Source: an uncultured Rickettsiales bacterium | GTDB lineage: Bacteria; Margulisbacteria; Marinamargulisbacteria; GCA-2716485; CAZIFG01 | NCBI GenBank assembly: GCA_964539135.1 | Contig: CAZIFG010000005.1 | Coordinates: 2,335 to 66,334 of the forward strand | Reading direction: 5' to 3' | Length of the DNA: 64,000 nt | Part shown: in pieces, positions 28,742 through 40,600 of the stretch | How positions within the stretch are numbered: position 1 is the first letter of the stretch | How the letters are laid out: each line of letters starts with the position of its first letter | The notes under the pieces: model-generated | What the model saw: only the letters and a program-made list of their open reading frames with translations | Databases searched by the model: none | What the model was told of the DNA's origin: nothing | Translations under genes and position numbers: made by a program

Positions 28742-31225
28742 ATGACAACAGTAGTAGACCCAACATTATTTGATGATACCAATATATCGCCAATTAATAT
28801 TACAGATGAGATGAAAAACTCGTATCTGGAATATGCCATGTCCGTAATTGTCGGACGGGCATTACCAGATGTTCGAGATGGTTTAAAGCCCGTGCATCGT
28901 CGTATTTTATACTCGATGTACGATGCGGGCTACATTGCAGGCCGTCCGTATAAAAAGTCAGCCAGAATCGTCGGGGACGTTTTAGGACGATACCATCCCC
29001 ATGGTGATACAGCGGTATATGATTCTTTAGTGCGAATGGCGCAAGATTTCTCCATGAGATACATGCTCATTGATGGCCAAGGAAACTTTGGATCCATTGA
29101 TGGAGACAATGCGGCGGCCATGAGGTACACCGAAGCGAGAATGTCCCGACTGGCAATGACTTTTTTAGAGGACATCGAAAAAGAAACCGTTCTATTTAAA
29201 AATAACTTTGATGAGTCGCTGCAAGAACCCACGGTATTGCCAACACGAGTGCCAGGCTTGTTATTAAATGGAACAGCAGGGATTGCGGTGGGAATGGCAA
29301 CCAATATTCCGCCCCACAATTTGGGCGAGCTGACAGACGGTATTTGTGCGCTGGTAGATAATCCAGAAATTACAACTCAAGAATTAATGGAGCACATTAA
29401 AGGGCCAGACTTCCCAACAGGGGCCATTATTTGTGGCACAGAAGGCATTGAGCAGGCCTACGAAACAGGTCGCGGCAGCATTCGCCAACGGGCAAAATAT
29501 CAGTTTGAAGAAAATAAAAAAGGCAGAATGGCCATCGTCTTTACAGAAATACCCTATATGGTGAACAAAGCCAATTTAATCATCAAAATAGCCGAATTGG
29601 TGCAAGAGAAAAAAATTAATGGTATTTCAGATTTAAGAGACGAATCAGACCGAAAAGGCATGCGAATTTATATCGAGTTAAAGCGAGATGCTGTCAAAGA
29701 AGTGGTCTTAAATCAACTTTATAAACACACGCCTTTAGAGTCAACATTCGGGGTCAATATGGTAGCCCTTGTCAATGGGATGCCCAAAAAATTAACGCTA
29801 AAAGAAATTTTAGTTCACTATGTTAATCATCGAAAAGACGTGATTGTAAAGCGCACCCAATACGATCTTAAAAAGGCAGAAGAGCGGCTTCATATTTTAG
29901 AAGGCTTACGCATTGCCTTAGATAATATTGATGCCATCATTGCCTTAATTAAGGCCTCTAAAGATACAGAAACGGCTAAAAAAGGCTTAATGGAAACCTT
30001 TAATTTATCCGACCGTCAAGCCATTGCCATTTTAGAAATGCGTTTACAGCGCTTAACAGGTCTTGAGCGTGAAAAAATAGAGCAAGAATATAATGAGCTC
30101 TTGATCAAAATTGAAGATCTTAAAGATATTTTAGCCAATGAATCCAGAGTATATGAGATTATCAAATTAGAACAACTCGAAACGAAAGAAAAATTTGGGG
30201 ATAAGCGGCGCTCTCAGATTGGAGAATCTGTAGAGTCCATGAGCATTGAAGATTTAATTCCCAATAAGCAGGTGGCCATTTTAATTTCGAATGATGGCTT
30301 TGTGAAGCGCATGCCTTTAGACATGTTCCGAAGTCAAAATAGAGGCGGTCGTGGCGTCAACAGTATGAATACTCGAGAGGAAGATTATGTATCCGAGCTC
30401 TTAATTACGAATACCCATGACTATATCCTATGTTTTTCAACCAAGGGCCGTGTATTTAAGATAAAAGCACACCAGCTACCTGAAGCCTCGCGTCAAAGCA
30501 AAGGGATTTCCATTGCGCATTTTTTACAAATGGAAGAAGGGGAGCACTTCTCTACAGCTATGCAAATTGATAATTTTGAGACGAACGATTATCTGATTAT
30601 GGCAACGGCCCAAGGTGTGGTTAAAAAAACAGAAATTAAAGCCTTTGTGCATTTTAAAAACAGACCTATTATTGGGATTAATTTGGATAAGGGGGATGTT
30701 CTAAAATGGGTGAAACGAACCCATGGAAATTCGGATATTGTCCTGGTCACCTCAGCGGGGATGGTCATTCGATTTGAAGAGGAGCAGGCCAGACCTTTAG
30801 CCAGAGCCTCTCGCGGCGTACGGGGTATTCGCATTCGAAAAGAAGACAATCTTGTGGCCATGGATGTGGTACCCAGAGATGAAGATAAATTGCAGCTCTT
30901 AGTCATCACGCGTTACGGTTATGGTAAAAACATTCGCGTCAGTGAATTTAAAAATCAGAACCGAGCGGGGGTTGGGGTTAAAAGCATTAATTTCAGAAAA
31001 TCCTTAAAAGATAGGGTTAACGATGCTGTGATTACCACCAAAGACAAGGAACTGATGATTGTAACGTATTCAGGGACCATGTGTCGGCAAGAGGTATCTA
31101 AAATTTCAACACAGAAACGCGAAGCCATGGGCGTTCGTATCATGAAATTGGACAATGACGACTACGTCATCGCCATGAAATCAGTACCTGAAGTTCAAGA
31201 GGATGACACTCAAGCAGCATCATGA
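28742..31225 (+). CDS. gyrA: DNA gyrase subunit A
   Basis: [16 protein letters not shown], the [14 protein letters not shown] (QRDR) segment, and active-site [10 protein letters not shown]. Confidence 0.95.
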   Translation: MTTVVDPTLFDDTNISPINITDEMKNSYLEYAMSVIVGRALPDVRDGLKPVHRRILYSMYDAGYIAGRPYKKSARIVGDVLGRYHPHGDTAVYDSLVRMAQDFSMRYMLIDGQGNFGSIDGDNAAAMRYTEARMSRLAMTFLEDIEKETVLFKNNFDESLQEPTVLPTRVPGLLLNGTAGIAVGMATNIPPHNLGELTDGICALVDNPEITTQELMEHIKGPDFPTGAIICGTEGIEQAYETGRGSIRQRAKYQFEENKKGRMAIVFTEIPYMVNKANLIIKIAELVQEKKINGISDLRDESDRKGMRIYIELKRDAVKEVVLNQLYKHTPLESTFGVNMVALVNGMPKKLTLKEILVHYVNHRKDVIVKRTQYDLKKAEERLHILEGLRIALDNIDAIIALIKASKDTETAKKGLMETFNLSDRQAIAILEMRLQRLTGLEREKIEQEYNELLIKIEDLKDILANESRVYEIIKLEQLETKEKFGDKRRSQIGESVESMSIEDLIPNKQVAILISNDGFVKRMPLDMFRSQNRGGRGVNSMNTREEDYVSELLITNTHDYILCFSTKGRVFKIKAHQLPEASRQSKGISIAHFLQMEEGEHFSTAMQIDNFETNDYLIMATAQGVVKKTEIKAFVHFKNRPIIGINLDKGDVLKWVKRTHGNSDIVLVTSAGMVIRFEEEQARPLARASRGVRGIRIRKEDNLVAMDVVPRDEDKLQLLVITRYGYGKNIRVSEFKNQNRAGVGVKSINFRKSLKDRVNDAVITTKDKELMIVTYSGTMCRQEVSKISTQKREAMGVRIMKLDNDDYVIAMKSVPEVQEDDTQAAS

Positions 31226-31956
31226 AAAAAACGAGCGTTTATCTAGGGTACATGCTGGGACTGCTGTTTATAGGGAGCGTGGGGTGTTCCAATGGGGGAA
31301 CAAAAGGCGGTATTGTGCTACGACCTGTGGCACCCTTAGATTCATTTACAGCCTCAAAAGGCGGCCATCCTGTAACCTTGTCTTGGGTCAATCCGCCAGA
31401 TACCTATGCCATCACGATTTTATATTCAACACAAAATGCCATTTTAACCTACGACCTAACCGCCGGCCATATTTTAACTCAAAATATGCTCGCGTCCACC
31501 ACAACTTTAACGCATAACACCGCAGGTATTGGTTACGGAGATAGCCGAATTTATTACAGTATTTTTGCCATTTCAAGTGCAGGCAATATATCCACGGTCA
31601 GCCTTGCACAAGCAAGGCCTGGGGATACAACGGCGCCAAGCGATATCACAGGCTTTACAGTGGCAAGTGGCAATCATGAAGTAGTATTAACCTGGATGCA
31701 GCCGCTAGATTCGGATCTAGTGGGCTATACGCTTGCTTTTATAGAGGCCCCAGAATCAGGCCCTACCCCTCCAATAGGGGGCGCAGATATCACTCGAAAT
31801 ATTCCAGCCGGTGCCAGTGGTACTCAAAATTATACCTTAACAGGGTTAACAAATGGTATAAGGTACCGATTGATACTAGAGCCTTACGATTTAAATGGCA
31901 ATACGGGGAACATAACGATACAATTTGCAACACCTACAGTCAATGTAGCGCCGTAG
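31222..31956 (+). CDS. lipoprotein with two FN3-like repeats
   Basis: Lipobox LFIGSVGC. Two repeats of a ...[10 protein letters not shown]... / ...[16 protein letters not shown]... pattern. ATGA overlap with the gyrA stop. Confidence 0.6.
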   Translation: MKKTSVYLGYMLGLLFIGSVGCSNGGTKGGIVLRPVAPLDSFTASKGGHPVTLSWVNPPDTYAITILYSTQNAILTYDLTAGHILTQNMLASTTTLTHNTAGIGYGDSRIYYSIFAISSAGNISTVSLAQARPGDTTAPSDITGFTVASGNHEVVLTWMQPLDSDLVGYTLAFIEAPESGPTPPIGGADITRNIPAGASGTQNYTLTGLTNGIRYRLILEPYDLNGNTGNITIQFATPTVNVAP

Positions 31957-31971
31957 GAGCGCAATTTTGTC

Positions 31972-32000
31972 TTGTCTCAAAAAGCGCTTAGTGGTATATT
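31972..32000 (+). promoter_or_regulatory. candidate sigma-70 promoter for tRNA-Gly
   Basis: TTGTCT (31972-31977), a 17-nt spacer, then TATATT (31995-32000). This is 16 nt upstream of the mature tRNA 5' end. Confidence 0.4.
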
Positions 32001-32016
32001 AAGGATCTCTACAGGT

Positions 32017-32092
32017 GCGGGATTAGCTCAGTTGGTAGAGCGCAACCTTGCCAAGGTTGAAGTCGCCAGTTCGAGTCTGGTATCCCGCTCCA
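32017..32092 (+). tRNA. tRNA-Gly (anticodon GCC), CCA encoded
   Basis: The cloverleaf folds by hand. Acceptor GCGGGAT/ATCCCGC, D stem GCTC/GAGC, anticodon stem CAACC/GGTTG with loop TTGCCAA, T stem GCCAG/CTGGT with loop TTCGAGT, then TCCA. Confidence 0.9.
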
Positions 32093-32095
32093 ATT

Positions 32096-32905
32096 CTAAA
32101 TCATTTTCACAGACGAAAATTCAAAAAACTGAGCAATTTTCACCTTAGCAAGGGCCGAATCCATCGGGGCACCATCCAATATTTTTTCCAAGGGGACATA
32201 TTTAACCGAAACATCCACAGGCGACACAAAAGAGGCCAAAGGATAGGATTCAAACCCCGTTAATTTTAAAAGATAGCAGTCAATAGAGGGGGTAACGAGG
32301 TCCTGAAGGTCTTGTATCATCAGCAGTTGGGATTCATATCGAGGATTTGCATAATTAAAATTTAAGGGAACGACAACGGGGTAGCCGTCTTTAAGAAGAC
32401 TTTTAATGGCAGCGGCATTGGCGGGGTAATTTTGATCGGGGTAAGAAATAAGGCGAAAGAGTCGACCGAGGAAAGCCCAGGGGATAAAAAAAGAGGCTCT
32501 AAAGGCCGCCATTTTAGGGCGGAGGGGCACAATAACAGGGCATTTAAACAGTTGAGTCATATAAAGGGACCCCATATCATGGGTACGAAGCGTAAAAATA
32601 AGGGTGGGTTTAGAAAAAGAGGTGGGCAAAGGCGTTGTGGCATAGTGATCCATGCCTCTATAAACAAAATACCATTTAAAGTAGTGGCGAATCAGCCAGG
32701 CATAGGCATTTTTACGCTGTGAAGGGGTAAACATAAAGAGGATCAAAATCCCCAAATAGAGGGCTAAAAAATAAAAAAACCAAACAAAAAAGAGAACATG
32801 GCTCCACAGTTTATAGTACTTAAGGGCTTTAAGGCGTTGGATATCAAACTGTCTATGATCCACGGCCTTTTGAAGTTGCTGAATAGGATCTTGTTCTAAA
32901 GTCAT
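32096..32905 (-). CDS. hypothetical membrane protein, last gene of the giant-ORF operon
   Basis: The N-terminal hydrophobic block WSHVLFFVWFFYFLALYLGILILFMF is followed by a soluble domain. No clear HxxxxD acyltransferase motif. Confidence 0.5.
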   Translation of the reverse strand: MTLEQDPIQQLQKAVDHRQFDIQRLKALKYYKLWSHVLFFVWFFYFLALYLGILILFMFTPSQRKNAYAWLIRHYFKWYFVYRGMDHYATTPLPTSFSKPTLIFTLRTHDMGSLYMTQLFKCPVIVPLRPKMAAFRASFFIPWAFLGRLFRLISYPDQNYPANAAAIKSLLKDGYPVVVPLNFNYANPRYESQLLMIQDLQDLVTPSIDCYLLKLTGFESYPLASFVSPVDVSVKYVPLEKILDGAPMDSALAKVKIAQFFEFSSVKMI

Positions 32906-32907
32906 GC

Positions 32908-33522
32908 TTACAAAACCTTTCCTTTATCTTGGTTCAAGAGATCATCAAGCTTTTTCTGGCGTTCTTTAAAGCGGCGTTCAACACCTTGCGCTCTATTGGT
33001 GGTTTCAATTTCATCGGGGGTAACGGGAGCCAATTTAGAGGGCGAAATGACCTCTTTTTGAGCGGATACGTCTTGAGTCTTAGCGTTAGGAACGGCGCCA
33101 GACTCTACACGCACCCCTTTGGGTGCTTTAACGGCATCGACAACAGGCGCGGGTGTGGGTTTAATCTGTGTATAATTTTTTTCAGCAAAATAACCAGGCG
33201 GGGGGGAGGGGGCTGCGGGCGGTTTGTAGGTAAAGGGTTGTGTTGGAACCTCAGGCGTTTTTTGAGGCGCTTCTGTATGGGATTCTGGAGAAACGACGGG
33301 TTTGAAGGCGGGGCGTTTAACAAGATCGGAAACAGAAAACGGCAGAGGAGTGACTTCAAAAAGATCGGGGACATTGGGCATAGAGGCTTTGGGGGGAAGG
33401 GCCTGTCTCATAATTTGGCGTTGTGCCATAAGAAAATCTGATCCAAACTGAGCCAAAACGTCTTGAGGGCTGCGATCCGATTCAAAAAGATCGGGGCTAA
33501 GATACGGCGTGGACTCCGTCAT
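32908..33522 (-). CDS. proline-rich, probably disordered hypothetical protein
   Basis: 204 aa rich in P/A/V/K (…PPAAPSPPPGYF…), with no hydrophobic segment. Its start overlaps the upstream stop by 4 nt. Confidence 0.5.
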   Translation of the reverse strand: MTESTPYLSPDLFESDRSPQDVLAQFGSDFLMAQRQIMRQALPPKASMPNVPDLFEVTPLPFSVSDLVKRPAFKPVVSPESHTEAPQKTPEVPTQPFTYKPPAAPSPPPGYFAEKNYTQIKPTPAPVVDAVKAPKGVRVESGAVPNAKTQDVSAQKEVISPSKLAPVTPDEIETTNRAQGVERRFKERQKKLDDLLNQDKGKVL

Positions 33523-33833
33523 GATTTTTTAGGAGGTGCGGCCGGAATATCGGGCCTATCAAGATTAGAAGACGGTATAGATTGGGCATTTTTTTTAAGT
33601 TCATTTTGAATGCTTAAAATACTGTGATCCAAGCGATTTCGATTTTGATTGAGCTGGTCTAAAATGGTTTCTATGCGCTTCTCAGAGGCCATCATATCTT
33701 CTTTTAATTTAGCGCGCATGCGATGCGCATTTAAAACGGTAACGGTATCTCGAATGATAAAAAACGCAAAAACAGAGCCTATCACCACAAAAACCAAATA
33801 ATTGTCACGTAAAAAAGATAAAAAACTCTCCAT
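33519..33833 (-). CDS. small bitopic coiled-coil membrane protein
   Basis: N-terminal TM (YLVFVVIGSVFAFFII), then a heptad-like helix and a Pro-rich tail. The architecture resembles FtsB/DivIC, but I recognise no sequence motif. Confidence 0.45.
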   Translation of the reverse strand: MESFLSFLRDNYLVFVVIGSVFAFFIIRDTVTVLNAHRMRAKLKEDMMASEKRIETILDQLNQNRNRLDHSILSIQNELKKNAQSIPSSNLDRPDIPAAPPKKS

Positions 33834-33842
33834 AAAATACTC

Positions 33843-34676
33843 CTATAAGTAATCCAGTACGCGACCATTATAATCAGGGTTCGCGGACACATAATGATCG
33901 ATATCCTGTAACAGTTTACAATAAAACAGGCGCTTCTCAAATGAGCGAATTGTATCATAGGCATAGAGGGCATCAAAAAGCATCTCTAAGAAGTAGTCAG
34001 GCAGTTGATCCATGACTTTTAAGACCCATTCTGTAGAGGGGAATGTTTTAAACGAAAGAATCAAGCGAGAAATAGGCTGTTGAAGGGCCGGTTGTAAATC
34101 GGGAAAAAGCGCCATATAGGGTTGAAGGGCATAATAACATTTAAGCGTAATGCCAAATTGCTCAGGGCCAGACAGTTCTGGAAGTTCCGGAATCACCGTA
34201 TCCAGAATATCTTCGGCAAGGCTTAAAAGAGAATCCAAGGGCAAGGTGGGGGCATTGGGGTAGCGCTTTAAAAAACTCGAAAGAGAGAGGTCTGGGGCTA
34301 AAATATCCTGAGCTAAGGCATTAAAATAAGGCAGGTAATCGGTGTCAGTGTCGCCATCTGAAGCGGCGGTAGGGGCAGCAGGTGTTGCGGTAAGGTTTGT
34401 AAATAAATAGGTGTCTGTAGGCAGTCGTTTTTTAACTTGAGAAAGAATACGGGGATCCATTAAGGAAAAAACAGCCGATCTATCGGTAGAATCTAGGGCC
34501 TTTAAAAAATCAAATAAAAAATCGGCGTTTAGGTCCGGTGTAATGATTTGAGAGAGGGCATAATGCTCATCGGGTTTCATGGGCGTGGGCAGTGCTTTTC
34601 GATCGATAAGAACCGTTTTAAGGGCATCACCTGTAAAGGCAATTTGGGTAGGGGAAAGGTTAAGCGTAGGCATCAT
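33843..34676 (-). CDS. acidic hypothetical protein translationally coupled to the giant ORF
   Basis: 277 aa. Its start overlaps the giant ORF stop (ATGA at 34673-34676). No motif recognised. Confidence 0.55.
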   Translation of the reverse strand: MMPTLNLSPTQIAFTGDALKTVLIDRKALPTPMKPDEHYALSQIITPDLNADFLFDFLKALDSTDRSAVFSLMDPRILSQVKKRLPTDTYLFTNLTATPAAPTAASDGDTDTDYLPYFNALAQDILAPDLSLSSFLKRYPNAPTLPLDSLLSLAEDILDTVIPELPELSGPEQFGITLKCYYALQPYMALFPDLQPALQQPISRLILSFKTFPSTEWVLKVMDQLPDYFLEMLFDALYAYDTIRSFEKRLFYCKLLQDIDHYVSANPDYNGRVLDYL

Positions 34677-37600
34677 TCATACCCTCCTTCATAGTCAAAT
34701 TCAGAACCTCGAGGAGCGTCCCTATCATCAAATGTAAAATCAGGATCATCCCAATTATCAAGGGCATCATTTCCATCTACAGTGCTCGCATCATCAGCCC
34801 CTAGATCCGCGAAAAGAGGCACGCCACCTACAGTACTACCATCACCGCTACCTACAGTACTCGTATCATCCCCATCTACAGTGCTCGCATCATCAGTCCC
34901 ACCTACAGGACTCGTATCACCCCCAGTGGGGGCTTTCAGAGCAAACAAAATTTGAGGCAAGGTAGCTTTTTGGTCAGCCACAGAGCTTGAGGAGAAGCCT
35001 TTTAAAAGCGTATGTGCAGGTGCATCTTCTGCGAGGCGGTAACGAGGTCTATCAAAGGTGTCAATGAAGGCACCAGAATCACCTTTAATGCCACCCGCAC
35101 GAGCAGGGGCTTGACCAGAAACGGTATAACGGTAGAGACCTTGCTCCTCTTGAAGAGGATTATAACCCAAGCTTTTTAAGGTAGCAGCATCAACGGATTC
35201 CGTGAGCAAACGCACCGCAGTGGGTAAAAAATGAGCTTCCTGATCTGAGCCTGTTAAGCCTTGAAGCAGCGTCGTTAAGGTTACACCTTGAGACCGAGCA
35301 TGCTGAAGTAAAGTGACCCCCAGTTTTTTAAGCGCGTCTTTAGGCACAGCCGACTGGCTAGACATCTCCTTTAAGCTGATGAGTACAGTCATCAAGCTCG
35401 AGGGGCTGGAATTAACGAGTGGCGGCTTGGTGGCTATAGAAGAAACATCAGAGATGCTCGATGAATCGGAATACACAGAAGACGCATCATCATCAGAAAC
35501 AGGGGCAGCAGAACCTCCCAAACAAATGGCTTTCAACGCATCATAACTTGCCTGTGGCGTAGTAGCGGGTAAAAGGCTATCAAATAGAATCTTAGCTGAA
35601 GAGTCCGACACTTTAGCGCTAAGGTGTAACTGATCAAACAAGGCCTGTGCAGAAGATTTATGAGCAGATCCCCACTCGACAGGGTAAGTAGGCCTAGTCG
35701 TATCCACAGCCGCCGCATGGAACTGTCTGAATTCATGAGGAAATTTAAGGGCAATATCAGCAAGAAGTTGAGCCTGTGTTCGAGTTTCAGAATGATGAAC
35801 AGGATTTGTAAGGCCCACCAACAAGCGCTGAACATTCGTGCGAAGGGTGGTAAAGGGGCGAATAGAAGGATCTGTAGAGGGCGTATTAAAAACAGCACCC
35901 GAGCCTACAAAATTCAGGATGTCACGACGGGCATCGGCAGATAGTTGAGGGTGCAGAAGCATGGAAAGCAAAAGAGGTCGACCGTCGGCCCCTATGGTTT
36001 CTTTAGCCGACAGCAGAAAACGTTCAAATCCCTCTCTTTTGAATTTTTGTTTTTCAGGTTTCAGCGAAGGATCGTTAAAATTGGCATATCGGTTTAAGAC
36101 ATGAACCTGATCATCAACATGGAGGCGTGTGCTTAAATAAGAATCAGCATATTGAGAACCGCTCCATTTTTTACTACCCCGTATATCTGCGTGGGTATGT
36201 ACAGAACGGGTGACATCTACTGTACGTTCATTGGGCAAAAATAAAAGATCTTCACCATACCCCGACGAAAAGGCACTTAAAACCATTTCGCGAGGGCTTT
36301 GAACAGCACAAATAGTGTCGTGAATAGTACGTAAAGCATCTTCTTTTAAATTTAAATGAGGAAAATCACTTAAATCTACCATGCGATCTCGAGGCATAGA
36401 AATAACGCCGCCTGTTGCAAAACCCTGTTCTTTAAGCCGCGCAAGGAGCGTACCAGCAGGAAGCTCATAATTGGTTTCAAGTTGAGAAAGAGTCCGATAT
36501 CCCTCTTGTTCTTTGTTAAAGGCAGCATTTAAGGTATCGACAGCGGTTTTAAGTTCAGGAGATAAGGACGGAGAGCTTCCGGCGCTAATAGCGGGATTGG
36601 GGGAAAGACTCCCTTGAATGGTTTGTAAGTCTTGGAAATCTTGCCACGCATGTTTTAAAATCAGGGCGGATAATCGAGCTTGAATGGCATTTGCCCGTTC
36701 AGCCCGTTCACCAGCACCTGTAAGTTCATCATGATCCGCACGCAGCTCTTTAATAACGTCGAGGCTATCTAATTTAGCAAAAGACATAATCGCACGGGCA
36801 TCGAAACCGGATTCAAAAAGTTGAGGGTTAAACGATCTCGAGGTCGCAGCGGGATCAGAACCATCTAAAATAGCAGTGCCATCAGCAGCACTGCTTAATT
36901 GAACAAAAAGCTGATCAACAGTAGCCTGTTTGTCTGCAGAGGTCGGAAAGTCAATATCATCTAATGCTGCGGCAAGGCTTTGTTTAGACAGCCCTTGATT
37001 AATGGGCCGCATGACAAATCCTCGGTCATCTAAAATGGGTTTGGCACCCAAAATTTGGCGGTCAGGAGAAATCACTTTAAGGGCACGTAAGTTGGCTGTA
37101 CCGATGGCTGGATCTAAATTATCAACAGAACCATATCGAGACACCTGTCCGGTGACTTTAGATAAATCCTGTTCAGAACTCCCAACGGCACCTGCTTGAG
37201 TAGCATCATGACTGCTTGCACTTACATTGGCATGGCTGGTCATCAATTTCAACAGAAAATCAGGGTTAAGGCGAGGACCTGAAATGGGTTGATATTTAGA
37301 CATGGCCGCTGCAAATTGACCCAAAAGTTGGAGCGTCTCTTGATTTTCAGGAGTAGTAGGATCCTGCATGGCAAATTTAGCCAGATTTTCAAGGTGAATG
37401 CGTAGATTTTGGTAGCGGTCTTTCCAGGGGGCGCCAGGGGCAAGTTCTAAGGCACGGATATTAACAGGACCATCTTTAGACTGAGTATTACCTTCCAAAA
37501 TTAAGGATTTAAGCAGAGATTCTGTCTCAGTAGGCGACAAAGGATCCGATTTAGATAGCAAGTCTTTAGCTGCATCCCTACTTTCTGTAACGCGGTCCGC

Positions 37601-40600
37601 ATCGATACGATGTTGAACGGGGGATAAATAGGAATAAAAGAGGCCCCTTGTATCTGTAAATTTATCGAGCATAGCCTGACGAAGGGGAGAATCTTTAGGG
37701 AGACTCATGATAAACTTGTAATCTTTTTCAATAGAGGTCGCAATAGATTTACCAGAGGAAATAGCCTCGTGAGACACTAGGGTTTTAAATAAAAGGTTGG
37801 TCACAAATTTAATCTGCTTTTTGTCGCTTCCAGCTGTTTTACCCATAGTTTTTAAAATCTCTCGAGATTCTATGGGGTGCGACGCCAAAAACTGTTCCAT
37901 TTGTCGGGTAATACCAGCGAGTTGCTCCTTTCCAATCGTAGGGTTAAGAGGGCCTTGAAGGGCCTGTAAAAAGGGAATCGTATTTTGAATATCTGCTTTT
38001 AATGTGGTGTGAGGGAAATTAGGATGCTCAGGACGCATAACAGAACGCGTAAGCGACGCCATTAGACGAGAAAATTGGTGCAGTTTGGACGGATGAGAGA
38101 GTTTTAGCGTTTCATACAGCGTCGTTAAAAATGTGGCATCCTTTGAAAATAACAGTTTCGCAAGCGGTTCTGGCAATTTAGATCCAAATTCATGCCGAGT
38201 AGTAACAGCAAGAAGCTGATCAAAGACAGCGTCAGATGATCCTGGAGACCGAGACAGGATGTCCATGAGGCTAGAAGGATTAGAAGCAATAGCCGTTTGA
38301 ATCTCCTGCTTTGAAACAGTTGGCGTGCTCGTAGTATCAACCAAGGGGACAGTCGCTTTGAGTATAGACGGTAGCGTAGCGGCGTCTGGACTGCTTCTCA
38401 TCCATCCGGCAAGGCTAAGGCCAGCAGGAGAAGACAGAGCCTCTGTAAGTGCTTTAGACTGAGGACCAGAGGCAAAGGCCCCAAGAGCAGAAAAGCGTGC
38501 CGCGTCTGATCCAAAAGAAGTGTCAGTTTTTAAGGCAGTAACAGCTGTAAGAATAGCTGAGGTATCCCCACTTGTTAGGGCTTTATGAAGGTTAACCAGT
38601 GTTCCCGTTGGTTCAGGGGTGTCTTTAGATAGTGGCGGATAAGTAGTAGGATTAAGGGTAAGGGTGGACGGTAAGAGAGCTCTAAACAGCGCTCGATCTG
38701 CAAGGGAAAGACTATTAATAGAAACTGAAAGATCTGAAAGATGATCATCTTTCAGAAGCCCCTTCTGGGACATCTCAGAAAGTGTGGAGGCAAGTTTAAC
38801 AACCCCAATAGAGGGATTTGAAAAGGACGTTAACTCACGAACCAGCTGACCTGCAGTCATGCCACTTAAATCTCTAACTGCAGAATGCGCTTGAAGTTTC
38901 GCATCAGGCAGAACCGCAGAAAGACGCCCAAGATGTGTATTCGTAATGCCTGGAACGCCATCTAAAACACCAGGAAGTGCCGTATTGATAATCCCTGTAA
39001 GAGCAGGATCTGCCAGATCTGGCAAGCCCCCAGTTGCTAGGGCAGGAAAGGAAGCAACCGCCCGAAGGGTGGCTTTAGCCAATTCCTGAGTAATATCACT
39101 GAATAAGGCTCTAAGTTGAGGTGTAGGCGCTGTAACCGTCGCCATCAACTTCAGAAGAGCCCCCAGAGATTCAGGGGAGCAGGTAGGCTGTAATTTAAGA
39201 AAATTATCCACAGTAGGAGGCGTTTGAGTTTTTAAGGCTTCTTTATGAGCGGCAACTTCAGCGCGAATACCGGCATAAGCAGCCGCATTAAATTGAAGAG
39301 TGTAGTCAGCCCCAGGCTGAATACTAGCTGTTAATCGTTTGGTCTGATCTAACATGCGTCTAAATCCAGGCATTAGAGTATCGGCTTCAGCGTCTTTAAG
39401 CGGCGCTAAAAGTCGATTAAGGGTACCTTTATCATGGGTAAGGTTGGCAGGATTAATCTCCGTGAGGATTCGTGTTCTATCAGCAGGAGAAACAGTTAAA
39501 AGAGCTTTGGCCGCAGAAGGATTCACTTGAGCCATCAATACAAGCGATCTTTCGGGATGGGGCGTACCAAGAAGGGCATTCAAATCACCAAAAGTACCAT
39601 CTGGTTTAAAGAAAGCATCATTGTCCTTAACCAATTGAAGATCGGCAGGAACAGCATCGCCATAAGGTGAATCATCTAAGGACTGCAAAAGCTTTAGATA
39701 AGCTTGAGGGAAGTTATCTTTAATAGCCGTCAAGCCAGCTTGAGACGGTGGCGTACCCAGCGCTGTTCCAAGTGTACTAATATCCCCAGATTGAAGGGCA
39801 GTGTGCTGGGCGGCATTAAGCTCGCTTAAAGCAGCAGGAAGAGGTGCGGGGCCTGCAGGCACAGGCACAGCGCCCGGTGCCGAAAGCGTAACAGTTAAGT
39901 GCGTATCCGCCTCTAAGAAAAGCTGACAGAGGGTAGAAACACCTTGAAGTTGAGCATAATATTCTGGATTGGGAACTTCACTAGAAAGAAGGTCTCCAGA
40001 GCGATCTTGAAAGTCCATTAATTTTTGAGTTTGTTTCTGAATTGTCTCAATTTGAGCTTTTGAAAGTGAAGCGGGTACCGCACGCATTCCCAATGCAACG
40101 GAAATAGTAGCGTCGCTATCAGATAAAACGCGTTGGGAGATAAGGGCATTAAGGTGGGTTTGCAGTGTAGTTTGTAAGCGGGTCACCTGAGTTTGTGCTG
40201 CAGCAAGAGCGGTAGCATTAGATTTATCAATACCAGCCATCACCGCCATAACTGCTTTTTCCATATTTTTAATAACATTGATGGTAGATTGGGGCTCTGC
40301 ACCCGTTCCAACATGAGTAACAACTTCTTGAGACAGTGAAGTCAGCAAATCCACCGCTTTAGCAGGGTTAGTTCTGGCAATAGCCACAAGAGCATCTGTA
40401 AATCCAGCAACTTTATGATTAGAGGCAAAAGAACCCCAAATTCTATCCACAGGGCGTATGCCCAGAGGACCCATTAAGGCAGCGCCTGCAGCAGCCCCCT
40501 GAACCCCATTCACAAGCTCTGTTTTAAAGAAGGTTGCCAATTCTTGATGAGACTGGAGGTTTGTTCCCAGAGTAGTAAGGAAGGTTTCCAGTTTATCCTG

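Noticed and set aside
32048-32263. 71-aa plus-strand ORF.
   Set aside because: It begins inside tRNA-Gly and runs antisense to the 269-aa gene, so it is spurious.
32096-32905. PlsC-type lysophospholipid acyltransferase call for the 269-aa membrane protein.
   Set aside because: No HxxxxD or FPEGT-type motifs could be found; the nearest candidate (RTHDMGS) does not fit.
33200-33212. G7-A-G5 tract (poly-C on the coding strand) in the Pro-rich gene as a possible phase-variation site. A8/T8 runs also occur in csaB and the giant ORF.
   Set aside because: The tracts are at or below the length usually associated with slipped-strand switching. They are explained by Pro and Lys codon runs.
32929-33441. 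170-aa Gly/Arg-rich plus-strand ORF.
   Set aside because: It is the mirror image of the Pro-rich minus-strand gene (CCN read as NGG). The minus-strand gene fits the overlap-coupled operon, whereas this ORF does not.
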